Source: Candidatus Spyradenecus sp. (GTDB lineage Bacteria; Verrucomicrobiota; Kiritimatiellia; RFP12; DVOR01). Taken from it: a stretch of DNA of 64,000 bases. The DNA is taken from positions 5,001 to 69,000 of the forward strand of contig JAZLBT010000026.1 in the NCBI GenBank assembly GCA_045613865.1, read 5' to 3'. Below, piece after piece: positions 19,201 through 28,353 of this stretch; within the stretch, counting starts at the first letter, position 1, and each line of letters opens with the position of its first letter. The position numbers were made by a program, and so were the translations under genes. The notes beneath the pieces were generated by a model. That model saw only the letters and a program-made list of their open reading frames with translations, did not search any database and had not been told where the DNA came from.

Positions 19201-19884
19201 ATTGGTACAACCGAAGTCACCATGGGCATGATGCAACAGTTTGACCCGACGTTCGAAAATGGTGTCTATGATATGCACTATAAAGATCAAGTACGCCGCG
19301 GTTACTTTGTCAACAATGCCAACTTCCCAGCTGTTCGCGTTAGCTATGAAAGGGCAGAAGCCTTCTGTCAATGGCTCTCCGAAAAGACTGGCAAGAAGGT
19401 TCGTCTCCCCACTGAAGCGGAATGGGAATATGCTTGCCGTGCAGGTACAACAACGCCGATGAACTATGGCGACTTCAACACCAACTTCTCGCAACGTGAA
19501 AACCTTGCAGATGTGACGATGAAGCGTCTTGCTGTTGTCGGTATTGATCCGCAGCCGATTCGCAACCCCGATTCCTTCTGGGATTTCGAAAAAAAGGACC
19601 CGCGTTCAAATGATGGCGTGCTCCATCTTGCACTCGTCGGTTCTTATCAGCCAAACAACTTCGGTCTCTATGACATGCATGGTAATGCGGCAGAATGGAC
19701 CTCCTCGCCCTTCGTTGCTTATCCGAATGGACAAGCATGTGAAGCCTTTGACGCCACCAAGCGTGTTGTCCGTGGCGGTTCTTGGTATCAACGTCAGATG
19801 CGAGCAACCTCTGCTTGGCGTTGGGCCTATCCCACATGGCAGCGACCCTTTGATGTGGGCTTCCGTGTGGTCATTGAAGACTAA
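16207..19884 (+). CDS. secreted discoidin + beta-propeller/HzsA-like + c-heme + FGE-sulfatase (SUMF1) domain protein
   Basis: Signal peptide; LSLSEVEVF discoidin; YLRWEYTD; two CVGCH; RLPTEAEWEYACR, FGLYDMHGNAAEW. Confidence 0.85.
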   Translation: MNKVFSTVLTSLLPAASLLATATARYVTVDIPKEAATLSLSEVEVFVNGKNIAPTGKATQSNTAHNAKAERAIDGNCSPFWNHDTITHTPENSNHPAWELDLGSEYPIDKITLWNRSEGMLGDRLNGVRVTLSNANREIVWDDSRAWDAKDGIPQTLFFIPEYGKTNRFQQHAETMAERQARLTLAALLQRINTPALLTALDAYAEKYPEAYPEDTYEALRQAILDLEAEVKTGSKDPSLVTRFRDLQKQVLLKHPAIDFDEILFINRPKGSKQGLFQNYQGNTAWLGKNDDHLRGYQNTLLKGPLCQDDGPAQVIRSSSAYMGELCLDWDANKLLLSSGDEKSGPWGIYELNLDGTGWTTAFENSDPLVDYYDACYLPDGRIITTATVGFNGVPCVTGGDYVANVILIDKDRKNARRLTFDQDINWNPEVYPNGRVVYLRWEYTDSAHYFSRVLMTMNPDGSDQQEFYGSNSYWPNAVFYHQHIPGSSTKFVGIVTGHHGVARKGELVMFDVSKGRIETQGAVHKFPFRGKPIENITKDQLVDNIKPFFLHPRPLNDELILAAMQDDGGSPWRIVLVDIYDNVLTLWEAPDANYYEPIPVKKKARPYAREDIVNLEKDTCNVYMTNVYRGQKTLEGVPHGKVKKLRVFNYEYAPRHSGGHYALGMEGPWDVRVLHGTVDVEEDGSCMFEFPANTPLSVQPIDENGQALQLMRSWLVGMPGETISCVGCHESQNAAAPSGQTSIASRKPPQQIQPWYGPKRGWSFERELQPVLDRRCVGCHNANTTYTNEQGIKIPDFSYQKAPVWNGFSKSYIALHPYVRRNGPEGDYHVLTPLEFNVNTSDLWQRLKKGHHGVTLTAEEWDRLATWIDLNVPYFGTWTEHGSRVDIIQKRREYEKRMTNNLSAEPNAFDPEKIVNPYTPGAIAFEAPTGQRLQKVAAPTLAQQSPTQNQGTIELKVGGDQVLRLAKIPAGSFVMGSNDETLAEAPAHVVTIDKPFYIGTTEVTMGMMQQFDPTFENGVYDMHYKDQVRRGYFVNNANFPAVRVSYERAEAFCQWLSEKTGKKVRLPTEAEWEYACRAGTTTPMNYGDFNTNFSQRENLADVTMKRLAVVGIDPQPIRNPDSFWDFEKKDPRSNDGVLHLALVGSYQPNNFGLYDMHGNAAEWTSSPFVAYPNGQACEAFDATKRVVRGGSWYQRQMRATSAWRWAYPTWQRPFDVGFRVVIED

Positions 19885-19894
19885 ATCAAGTGAC

Positions 19895-19930
19895 AAGGAT
19901 GCAGGGTTCAGCCCTGCATCTTTTGTTTTT
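19895..19930 (+). terminator. intrinsic terminator
   Basis: gatgcaggg-ttcag-ccctgcatc-ttttgttttt. Confidence 0.85.
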
Positions 19931-20010
19931 ATAGAACGCCCTTCACATGGCTTATTAATTTGTCTTCTCGTTGCTTGCAAGCGCACTTTATTTCTAGTAT
20001 AATAGGTCTC

Positions 20011-22299
20011 ATGAAGCAGCCCCTACCCCTTTCAATTTCTCTCGCTGGTCCATGGCATTTAGAAAGTTCTTCACGTTCGCTTGAAGCTACGTTGCCTGGC
20101 GATGTTTTGCATGCCCTTTTACAAGCAGAGATGATTGACGATCCATTTCTCCGTGAAAATGAGCGTGACGTTCAATGGATTTTTCAAACATCATGGACTT
20201 ATACCCGCGACTTTGAAGTTTCTGAAGCATTTCTCCAATCTGAACAGCAAACGCTTTTCATTGAGTCACTCGATACCTTTGCAACGCTTTCGCTTAATGG
20301 TCATGTACTCGGTGAACGCAATGAGACCATGATGCAAGCGACTCTTCGTGATGTCACAGGCCTCTTGCGCGTGGGAAAGAATACATTAAAGATTGTCTTT
20401 GATCCTCCTGCTCCCGAAGCGCTTCAACGTGCACGTCTTAATCCGCTCCCAATCGCAGCCCCCATCTCAGACAATAATCGCATCCCTGCAATGAATTTTG
20501 TTCGGAAAGTGGCTTGTCACTCTGGTTGGGATTGGGCGCCATGTTTGCCAACAATGGGTGTTTATGGTCAAATTCAGCTCTTAACCGGCACGTGGAAACC
20601 GCTTCATTTGCTTATCCGTTTACAGGGAGACCATTGGGAGATTTCCTCTCAAGCGGGTTACCTTTTGCAAGGGTTTGGACAACAAGGGAAGACGCTCGTC
20701 GTTGCGGATAAAGACATTCAACGTTGGTGGCCTGCGGGTCGAGGCGAACAAGTGCTTTACCCCATTGCGATTGAAACCCCTTATGGGATTGAACATCGTA
20801 AGATTGGTTTTCGTGAAGTTGAATGGCGTCGTCTCCCTGATGCAAATGGTGAAAGTTTTGCACTCCATGTGAATGGCGAACCGATCTTTTGTAAGGGAGC
20901 GAATTGGGTCCCACCAGATGCGCTTCCATCACGTGGTGATCAAGAAGATGCATGGCGACCGCTCTTGCAAGCCGCTGTTGATGCTCACATGAATATGCTT
21001 CGTATGTGGGGCGGTGGTCGATGGGAAAGTGAAGCCTTCTATACGGCATGTGATGAGATCGGCATTCTCCTTTGGCACGACTGCATGTTTGCCTGCATGC
21101 ATTATCCCTCTGACCCAGCATTTCTCAAAGTTATTGAAGATGAGCTAAAGGAACAAATTGCACGTCTATCGCATCACCCCTCTATTGTCTTGTGGTGTGG
21201 TGACAATGAGATTTTAGGGCTCTGTGCAGGGGGCGATGCAGAAGCAGATCCTGTTTTAGCAGCGAATTATTTCCGTTTTGCTAAAGCTGTTAATGACGCC
21301 GTCACGGCAACAGACTCCACACGCCTTTTTTGGCCAAGTTCACCGAGCAATGGACCTTACCAAGATCCTAGTGAATGTACCCCAGGCTCATGGCATGATG
21401 ACACCCGAGGCGATATGCATTTTTGGAAAGTTTGGCACGGAAATGAAGGCATGGAAGCATATGCTTCTGTTAAGCCTCGTTTTTGTTCTGAATTTGGCTT
21501 CCAAAGTCTTCCCTCAAATGCGACCTTGTGGGGGGACAATCTTACGCATCCCACAGTCGAATTTCACCAGAAAGCGTGCGCAACGGGCAACAAGAATATC
21601 CTTACAATGATGGCACGTTATTTCCGAATGCCAAAGGATTTCTATCACACAATTTATCTCTCGCAAGTCCAACAAGCCATTGCGATTGAGTATGCCGTGC
21701 GTCGTTGGCGTGCGGAAGCTCCACGTTGTATGGGTACACTCTATTGGCAGCTCAATGACACATGGCCCGCGATTTCTTGGTCTTCACTTGAATATCAAGG
21801 ACGTTGGAAACTCTTACATCATTTTGCACGTCGATTCTATGCGCCACAAACCCTCAATGCCATCCTCGATGATGCACATCATGTTCGACTCATCCTTTCA
21901 AGCGATACGCCGCTTCAGCACCCGCTTGAACTCTATGCCGACATTTGTTCGATTGATGGTTCCGTTTTGGAGACGTGGCGTAACACAACACCAACGACGC
22001 TTGAAGTTTATCATCCCGATGCCGCCTATCTCCGTTATGGAATCCAAGGCGAGACAGAGGAAATCCTCTTCTTGCGCCCGCCGAAGCACTTTGACTTGCC
22101 CAAGGCTCACCTTCGCGCAGAATGGTCTGATGGCGAACTCACTCTTACAACGACCCAACCTGCATTTTATGTTTGGTTAGATACCGATGTACCTGTACCA
22201 GACAATGGTTTTTATCTTGATCCCAAACGTCCTCGTGTCTTCAAACTTGAGGAATGTCCTTTACATCTTCGTGTTACGTCTCTTCGTGACACCTATTAA
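20011..22299 (+). CDS. GH2 beta-mannosidase
   Basis: SGWDWAP, KGANWVP, NMLRMWGGG, WCGDNE, RFCSEFGFQS, YWQLND. Confidence 0.93.
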   Translation: MKQPLPLSISLAGPWHLESSSRSLEATLPGDVLHALLQAEMIDDPFLRENERDVQWIFQTSWTYTRDFEVSEAFLQSEQQTLFIESLDTFATLSLNGHVLGERNETMMQATLRDVTGLLRVGKNTLKIVFDPPAPEALQRARLNPLPIAAPISDNNRIPAMNFVRKVACHSGWDWAPCLPTMGVYGQIQLLTGTWKPLHLLIRLQGDHWEISSQAGYLLQGFGQQGKTLVVADKDIQRWWPAGRGEQVLYPIAIETPYGIEHRKIGFREVEWRRLPDANGESFALHVNGEPIFCKGANWVPPDALPSRGDQEDAWRPLLQAAVDAHMNMLRMWGGGRWESEAFYTACDEIGILLWHDCMFACMHYPSDPAFLKVIEDELKEQIARLSHHPSIVLWCGDNEILGLCAGGDAEADPVLAANYFRFAKAVNDAVTATDSTRLFWPSSPSNGPYQDPSECTPGSWHDDTRGDMHFWKVWHGNEGMEAYASVKPRFCSEFGFQSLPSNATLWGDNLTHPTVEFHQKACATGNKNILTMMARYFRMPKDFYHTIYLSQVQQAIAIEYAVRRWRAEAPRCMGTLYWQLNDTWPAISWSSLEYQGRWKLLHHFARRFYAPQTLNAILDDAHHVRLILSSDTPLQHPLELYADICSIDGSVLETWRNTTPTTLEVYHPDAAYLRYGIQGETEEILFLRPPKHFDLPKAHLRAEWSDGELTLTTTQPAFYVWLDTDVPVPDNGFYLDPKRPRVFKLEECPLHLRVTSLRDTY

Positions 22300-22312
22300 T
22301 GGAGAATAACCT

Positions 22313-23350
22313 ATGCCAACACTTGCCCTACCCCTTTGTCTTTGCCATGCCACTCAGCCGGCCTTACGATTAGATAAGGCAATCAAATATCTTGCGGACA
22401 AAGCATTACCCATTGACCAAGTTCTCTTGCCTCATGCGTTGGCAACAGAAATTGAGACCTCTTATCGCTTAACCTCTGAAGCCGCTCGTAATGGCTTGTG
22501 CGCCACATTCGGTGAAGTTCCTGAAGCAAACGATCCTTTGACATTTTTCTATGATGGCGAAGCATGTGATCTTCGTATTCCAAATGATCTTTGCGATTGG
22601 CATGCGCATACGCAATTTGCCTATTGTGGACGTGGTATTGATATTAAAGATGCCGCAGACTTTGCACTTGAACTCGGTATTAAAACGCAAGGGTTTGCAG
22701 AACATGCCTTTGCGCTTTACTTTGCTTCAAATGCCCTCAAATTTTATTGGCAGAGTGATCGTGCTTATGTTGAATCGATTTGGGCGACAGAACAGCGTGC
22801 ACGCATGAAAAGTTATAAAATGCTTGTACAGCAGCTTCGAACGCATTATCAAGGTAAAGTTAAATTTGGTCTTGAAGTTGATCTCTTTGGTGGTGGTGAT
22901 TTTTGTTTAGCCCCTCAAGACTACGAAGGTTGGGATTACTTTATTGGTGCTATTCACGAGATTGAAGGCATTACTGCCAAAAGTACACAACAAGAGATTG
23001 AAAAACGTTGGATGGAAGACTTAGAACGTTTACTTGATATGCCAATCAAGATTCTCGCCCATCCCTTCCGCTACTTCCCTTGGTATAAGCATGATATTCC
23101 TCGTCACTTCTATCGTCCTGTAGCCAAGATGCTTGCGGAGAAGAAGATTGCTGCGGAAATAAACCATCACGCCAATCCGTTTGAGCTCGACTTCTTCAAT
23201 ATTTGTCTTGAAGAAGGCGTTAAACTCTCACTCGGCACCGATGCACACATCACACGTAACATCGCAGATGTTCGTCCGCATCTTAAGACCTTTGAGGCAT
23301 TAGGTATCCGCACAGCGGCGGATCGTGCTGCAGCATTTATCGAGCTATAA
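22313..23350 (+). CDS. PHP-domain phosphoesterase (HisK-like)
   Basis: DWHAHT, AEH, GLEVD, AHP, GTDAH. Confidence 0.8.
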   Translation: MPTLALPLCLCHATQPALRLDKAIKYLADKALPIDQVLLPHALATEIETSYRLTSEAARNGLCATFGEVPEANDPLTFFYDGEACDLRIPNDLCDWHAHTQFAYCGRGIDIKDAADFALELGIKTQGFAEHAFALYFASNALKFYWQSDRAYVESIWATEQRARMKSYKMLVQQLRTHYQGKVKFGLEVDLFGGGDFCLAPQDYEGWDYFIGAIHEIEGITAKSTQQEIEKRWMEDLERLLDMPIKILAHPFRYFPWYKHDIPRHFYRPVAKMLAEKKIAAEINHHANPFELDFFNICLEEGVKLSLGTDAHITRNIADVRPHLKTFEALGIRTAADRAAAFIEL

Positions 23351-23433
23351 GCAAATTCACCTATACGATCACCAAATCCTCCTTTTGTTAACGCGGGTCT
23401 TACGTTCTCAAAAGGGTGATTTGTTTTATTCTA

Positions 23434-24132
23434 TTAACGCATAGTAAGATAATGAACAAGTGAACGTTGAAGCCAATCCGGAAGAAGTGTTGTTAAATAT
23501 CGCCAAAAGCGTACACTATGATTAAACTCAACAAGGTGTGCGAGTTCATGTGCGAGGGTTTCTTCAAGAATTTCCCGTGGCCATTGAAGCAATGAGAGGT
23601 TCAATCGTATCTCTCCCTCACGGGTGCACTGTCCAAGAATACGTGGCCGTAAGGGCGCAATCACAATTCGTTGTGGCATGCGTAGAAGACGCGGCTGATA
23701 GGTTTGAAGAATACGTTCAGCAGCTTCTAAAAGTTGCCTACGTTTGAATTGTGTAAGCAATTCTTCTATTCGGTTGCGTTTAGGCATTCGACGTTGAGAG
23801 ATGTAAACCGTTTGATTTTCAAACCAAAGATCATCACATCCCGTAAAGGGAACAACTTCAATCGGATAAGGTTGACCAAATAAAATACACTCAGGTCCCG
23901 TAGAAACATAGGGGCGTGGAGAACCTTTTGCGTGCCATGCTGCTAAGAGAAGTTGCTCTTCTACCGCCCATGGACCATTAGGTAAAAAGATGCCAACCTT
24001 GTGAAGAAGTGGCGCAAAGACAACAACAGGGCGTTGAAGCACTCGTTCTTGTTGATTTGAACGCCCCTGACGAAAGGCTTCAACTTGAAAGCCTTGAAAT
24101 GTTTTTAATGTTGTAGGCTCTGCGCGAAACAT
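23434..24132 (-). CDS. YgjP/DUF45 (M48-like) metal-dependent hydrolase
   Basis: HELAHLVEFNHSxxFW. Confidence 0.8.
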   Translation of the reverse strand: MFRAEPTTLKTFQGFQVEAFRQGRSNQQERVLQRPVVVFAPLLHKVGIFLPNGPWAVEEQLLLAAWHAKGSPRPYVSTGPECILFGQPYPIEVVPFTGCDDLWFENQTVYISQRRMPKRNRIEELLTQFKRRQLLEAAERILQTYQPRLLRMPQRIVIAPLRPRILGQCTREGEIRLNLSLLQWPREILEETLAHELAHLVEFNHSVRFWRYLTTLLPDWLQRSLVHYLTMR

Positions 24133-24195
24133 AAGATGACAATAAACGCCTTAGGCATCCTAGACACCCAAGGCGTTCAGATTTAAGCCTTAGAC

Positions 24196-26289
24196 TTACA
24201 GCAAGCCCTCTTGACGAAGGATTGCCTTTGCATCAGGGTCACGTCCCATCAACTCACGGAAGACCTCTGCTGCAGGCGCAGAGCCGCCCTTTGCCAAAAT
24301 AGTATTACGATAGCGTTTTGCAAAGGTTTTACGCTTTGCTGCTGGCAAGTCCGTATAAGCGCCATAGATGTCTGCAGACAATGTTTCGCTCCACTTATAC
24401 GAATAGTAACCCGCGCTATAACCACCTGCAAAGATATGTGTGAAGGCATTCAAGAAACGATCATCCTCATGCATTGCAGTTGGCAAAAGTTTCTTCGAGA
24501 ATGCATGTTTGACGTCATTTGCCTTCTTATAACGACCGGGATAAGCCGTTGAGTGTAAGTAAAGGTCAACCTGGGCAAACAACAACTGACGCACTAATGC
24601 AGATCCTGCACGATATGTACGCTTCTGTGCAATCTTCTTTGCCAATGCCTGCGGCAATGCGTCCCCAGTCTTAATGTGCTTCGAAAGATTACGCAAAATC
24701 ACAGGATCATAAGGGAATTGCTCAAAGAACTGCGAGGCAATCTCAACAGCATCCCACTCGATATTTTCAATGCACGAACACGTCGGCGAATCAACCGTTG
24801 TAAGCATGGCTTGCAATGCATGTCCCATTTCATGGAAGAGGGTTGAAACCTCATAGAAGCTCATCGTTGCAGGAGCCTTACCGATAGGTGCCTTCTGATT
24901 GCAACACACCGTCACAATCGGATTTTGTTGACGTGTTTCGAAATCACGCGTACGAAGTACATTCACCCAAGCGCCACCGCTCTTCATCCCCGGACGGGCA
25001 TAGGGGTCAAAGTACATACCAGCAAAAATCTTACCATCTTTGTCCTTGACGTTATAGAAGCGCACATCCTTGTGCCAACCCTTTACATTGCCCGTAGCAC
25101 GTTCAAGTGTGACATCAAAGAGTTTCGTGATAAGCGCAAACATTCCATCGAGAACACATTCCATTGGGAAGTATTCGCGTAAGGCTTCTTCATCGTATCC
25201 AAAGCGTTCCTTCGACTGCTTCTCAATCCAATAGCCGCCATCCCATGGTTGCATTTTACCCTTAAAGCCATGCGCTTTTGCAAAAGCCTTCAAATCTGCA
25301 GTGTCTGCCTTTGCAGCAGGACGGCCGATTTCAGCCATCGGTGCTAAAAGCGCATTCACTGCTTCTGGCGTACCCGCCATCTTACTCTGAGTGGAAAGAT
25401 GTGCATAGTCCTTATAGCCCAAAAGTGTCGATAACTGTTGGCGCAAGGTTAAAATACGTTCAATCAAAGGCGCATTATTGCTCTTGCCCGAAGAAGCGCG
25501 AGTCGAACGTGCACGCCAGAACTTTTCACGAAGTGCCGAGGATTCCGCATAACGCATCACCGCATCATAAGTTGCGAAATCAATACCCAATGTCCAAGGG
25601 CCCTTACCATTGAGCAAGTCCGCGGGGATACCTGCACTTTCCTCAGGCGTGATTTCAATCTTTGCTTCCTTCTCAGCATCAAGCACATTGTTATGGAACT
25701 TCATGGAGAGCGAAGCAAGGTCTGCTTGAATCTTGTTAAAACGCTTCTTCTGAGCCCCAACAAGACCAACACCTGCATTGCGCATTCCATCAACCATACG
25801 ATTGACAACATGCTTTTGCCAAGGCGCAAGTGTATCCATTTCCAACAACGACAAAAGACCTTCATAAAGGGGCTTGCTTTGAGAGCACTTCTGCGCAAAG
25901 ATAACAATCTTTGTCTGCCATGCTTCTTGCACTTCGCGCCATTCATCATTGTTAATGACCGAGGTTAAATGCGCTAAATGCCCCCAAACATCAAACAATT
26001 GACGAACTGCCAACATCGGCTTAATCACAAGACCGTTCCAAGAGATGTCGAGTTGCTTTTCAACCATTTCAAGGGCACGTTCTGCTTCAGGCAAGGAGGC
26101 TTCTAATGCTTCTCGGCACAATGCTGGTGTCATCTCGGCATAGCGCGGCATCCATGTCGTGTCCAAGAATGGATTGACCTTTGGCTGCTTTTCAACAGTT
26201 TTCTTTACCGGGGACTTTTTGCATGTTTTCGTCGGCTTAGCAGGAGCCTTCTTCGTCGGACTTTTTTTCTTCGTCGTAGATGTCTTCAT
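24196..26289 (-). CDS. prlC: oligopeptidase A (M3)
   Basis: KSGGAW, FHEMGH, EWDAVE, HIFAGGYSAGYYSYKW. Confidence 0.93.
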   Translation of the reverse strand: MKTSTTKKKSPTKKAPAKPTKTCKKSPVKKTVEKQPKVNPFLDTTWMPRYAEMTPALCREALEASLPEAERALEMVEKQLDISWNGLVIKPMLAVRQLFDVWGHLAHLTSVINNDEWREVQEAWQTKIVIFAQKCSQSKPLYEGLLSLLEMDTLAPWQKHVVNRMVDGMRNAGVGLVGAQKKRFNKIQADLASLSMKFHNNVLDAEKEAKIEITPEESAGIPADLLNGKGPWTLGIDFATYDAVMRYAESSALREKFWRARSTRASSGKSNNAPLIERILTLRQQLSTLLGYKDYAHLSTQSKMAGTPEAVNALLAPMAEIGRPAAKADTADLKAFAKAHGFKGKMQPWDGGYWIEKQSKERFGYDEEALREYFPMECVLDGMFALITKLFDVTLERATGNVKGWHKDVRFYNVKDKDGKIFAGMYFDPYARPGMKSGGAWVNVLRTRDFETRQQNPIVTVCCNQKAPIGKAPATMSFYEVSTLFHEMGHALQAMLTTVDSPTCSCIENIEWDAVEIASQFFEQFPYDPVILRNLSKHIKTGDALPQALAKKIAQKRTYRAGSALVRQLLFAQVDLYLHSTAYPGRYKKANDVKHAFSKKLLPTAMHEDDRFLNAFTHIFAGGYSAGYYSYKWSETLSADIYGAYTDLPAAKRKTFAKRYRNTILAKGGSAPAAEVFRELMGRDPDAKAILRQEGLL

Positions 26290-26390
26290 AACAATCTCCT
26301 TAATGATGTTAGTGTAGCATATTTTAAGTAAAAAATAAAGATTTGCTTTTAAGAATATCTTTTGTTAATATTTGACTTGAAGGAGAGTTT

Positions 26391-26636
26391 ATGAAACAGA
26401 TTACAATTTGCATGGGGAGTTCTTGTTTTTCGCGTGGCAATAACAAAAACCTCGACATCATTCGCACATGGTTAAACGACCACGGCATCACTGCAGATGT
26501 TGAACTCAAGGGGTGTCGTTGTGGTAACAATTGCGGAGAAGGGCCCAACATTTGGATTGATGGTGTTCGCCATCAAGAAGTCCTTCCAGAAAAGATTCCC
26601 GCGCTTCTTGAAGCCTCGTTTGCAAAGGAGATATAA
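26391..26636 (+). CDS. thioredoxin-like [2Fe-2S] ferredoxin (HfsA-like)
   Basis: ICMGSSC..CRCGNNCGEGP. Confidence 0.85.
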   Translation: MKQITICMGSSCFSRGNNKNLDIIRTWLNDHGITADVELKGCRCGNNCGEGPNIWIDGVRHQEVLPEKIPALLEASFAKEI

Positions 26637-28351
26637 TGAACGCGCTCTCTCCAATTTACTCTGTTAACGCACAATGCCGCGATTGCTACAAATGTGTTCG
26701 CCGTTGTCCTGTTAAAGCAATTCATGTTGAAAATGACCACGCAGTGGTGGCGCCAGATGACTGTATTTTTTGTGGTACCTGCGTCTCAACTTGCCCCAAT
26801 AACGCAAAGGTCGTTCGCGATGATTTGAAGGCTGTTCGCAATCTTGTTTCCGCTCGTAAGGATGTAATCCTCTCCATCGCCCCCAGCTTTGCCTCTGAAT
26901 TTCCTGGCGTTGATCCTGCGAAATTCTCCACAGCAATGAAGAAGCTTGGCTTTGCACGCATGGAAGAAACCGCCATCGGCGCGAATATCGTCTCACGTCG
27001 TGTTGCAGAGCTTATGGCTCAAACCTCCTCGCACCGCCTTCAAATCTCCTCCGCATGTCCTGTTGTAGTTGAGTTAATTCAACGTTATTATCCACGTTTT
27101 TCTGCTTATCTTACGCCCGTTGACTCCCCACTGATTGCACATACCAAAGCCATTCGCCATGCATCACCAGATGCGCCCATCGTCTTCGTTGGTCCTTGCA
27201 TTGCGAAGAAACACGAACAAGACCTTAATCCTCAACTTCTCAACGCCGTACTTACATTTGAAGAACTTCGTCGTTGGATGATGATGGCTGGCGTGGAGGA
27301 TGTTAACCGCCTTGAAGCCGATCCAAACTATAAATTGCCGGGTGATGGTGCCTACTATCCCATTGAAGGGGGAATGATTCGTAGCGTAACACGTAATCTC
27401 TTGCATCTTGCTCCCGAGCACGAATATCTGCCTATGGTCATTACAGGTATTCAATCCATTAAAGCGATGCTAGAATCATTGGACCCGAAGACACTTGAGC
27501 AGCCCGTCTTTGTTGAAGCACTCGCATGTCCTGGTGGGTGTGTTTGCGGACCAAAGAGTAAGGTGCGTTGTTCGGCAACTGGCCTTCTTGACGTCCTTCG
27601 CCATGCGAAAAAAACACAACCCGATGATCCTGAAGATAAACCCGATATCGGCCATCATTATCGACCAACGCCCAACAATCAAAAGAATTTTAGCGAAGAA
27701 GAAATCACAGCAACACTTCATGCGCTTGGTAAATTCCGTCCAGAGGATGAACTCGACTGCGCAGGATGCGGTTATGACAGCTGTCGCGATTTAGCCCGCG
27801 CCATTCTTGCTGGTCACGCAGAACCTCAAATGTGCGTCAGTCGCATGCGCCAAATTGCTTCAAAGCAAAGTCTTGCCATTGATCGCGCACTTCCCTATGG
27901 GCTTGTTGTCGCCGACAGCAACTTACACATCATTGAATGCAATGAACGCTTTGCAAGTCTACTAGGAGAAATGACCAAACTTGCCTATGACGCAAAGCCT
28001 GGATTACGTGATGTTGAGCTTGATGCGCTTATTCCTTATCCTCAACTCTTCCAAAATGTCCTTCGTACAGGTGAAGAACTCATTCGCCAAACCATTGAAA
28101 TTGGTGGGCGTCTCTTCTCCTTAACCATCTTCAACGTTGATGTACACGAAGTAGTCGGCGCCTTAATTCTTGACATTACAGAATCCGAACAAAAACGTCA
28201 AGCGCTCATTGAAAAAGCTCGAACAGTTGTAACCAATACGGCAAAAACAGTTCAAGAAATTGCCTTTATGCTTGGTCGAAATGCTGCAGAGAGCGAGCTT
28301 ATTCTTGACTCTGCCGTGCAAATGTTTGCTCCCCTTGACAAGGATGAATAA
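26636..28351 (+). CDS. sensory group C [FeFe]-hydrogenase with PAS domain (HydS/HfsB-like)
   Basis: 2x[4Fe-4S]; ISSACP, GPCIAKK, LACPGGC; CAGCGY FeS domain; C-terminal PAS. Confidence 0.9.
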   Translation: MNALSPIYSVNAQCRDCYKCVRRCPVKAIHVENDHAVVAPDDCIFCGTCVSTCPNNAKVVRDDLKAVRNLVSARKDVILSIAPSFASEFPGVDPAKFSTAMKKLGFARMEETAIGANIVSRRVAELMAQTSSHRLQISSACPVVVELIQRYYPRFSAYLTPVDSPLIAHTKAIRHASPDAPIVFVGPCIAKKHEQDLNPQLLNAVLTFEELRRWMMMAGVEDVNRLEADPNYKLPGDGAYYPIEGGMIRSVTRNLLHLAPEHEYLPMVITGIQSIKAMLESLDPKTLEQPVFVEALACPGGCVCGPKSKVRCSATGLLDVLRHAKKTQPDDPEDKPDIGHHYRPTPNNQKNFSEEEITATLHALGKFRPEDELDCAGCGYDSCRDLARAILAGHAEPQMCVSRMRQIASKQSLAIDRALPYGLVVADSNLHIIECNERFASLLGEMTKLAYDAKPGLRDVELDALIPYPQLFQNVLRTGEELIRQTIEIGGRLFSLTIFNVDVHEVVGALILDITESEQKRQALIEKARTVVTNTAKTVQEIAFMLGRNAAESELILDSAVQMFAPLDKDE

Positions 28352-28353
28352 CC

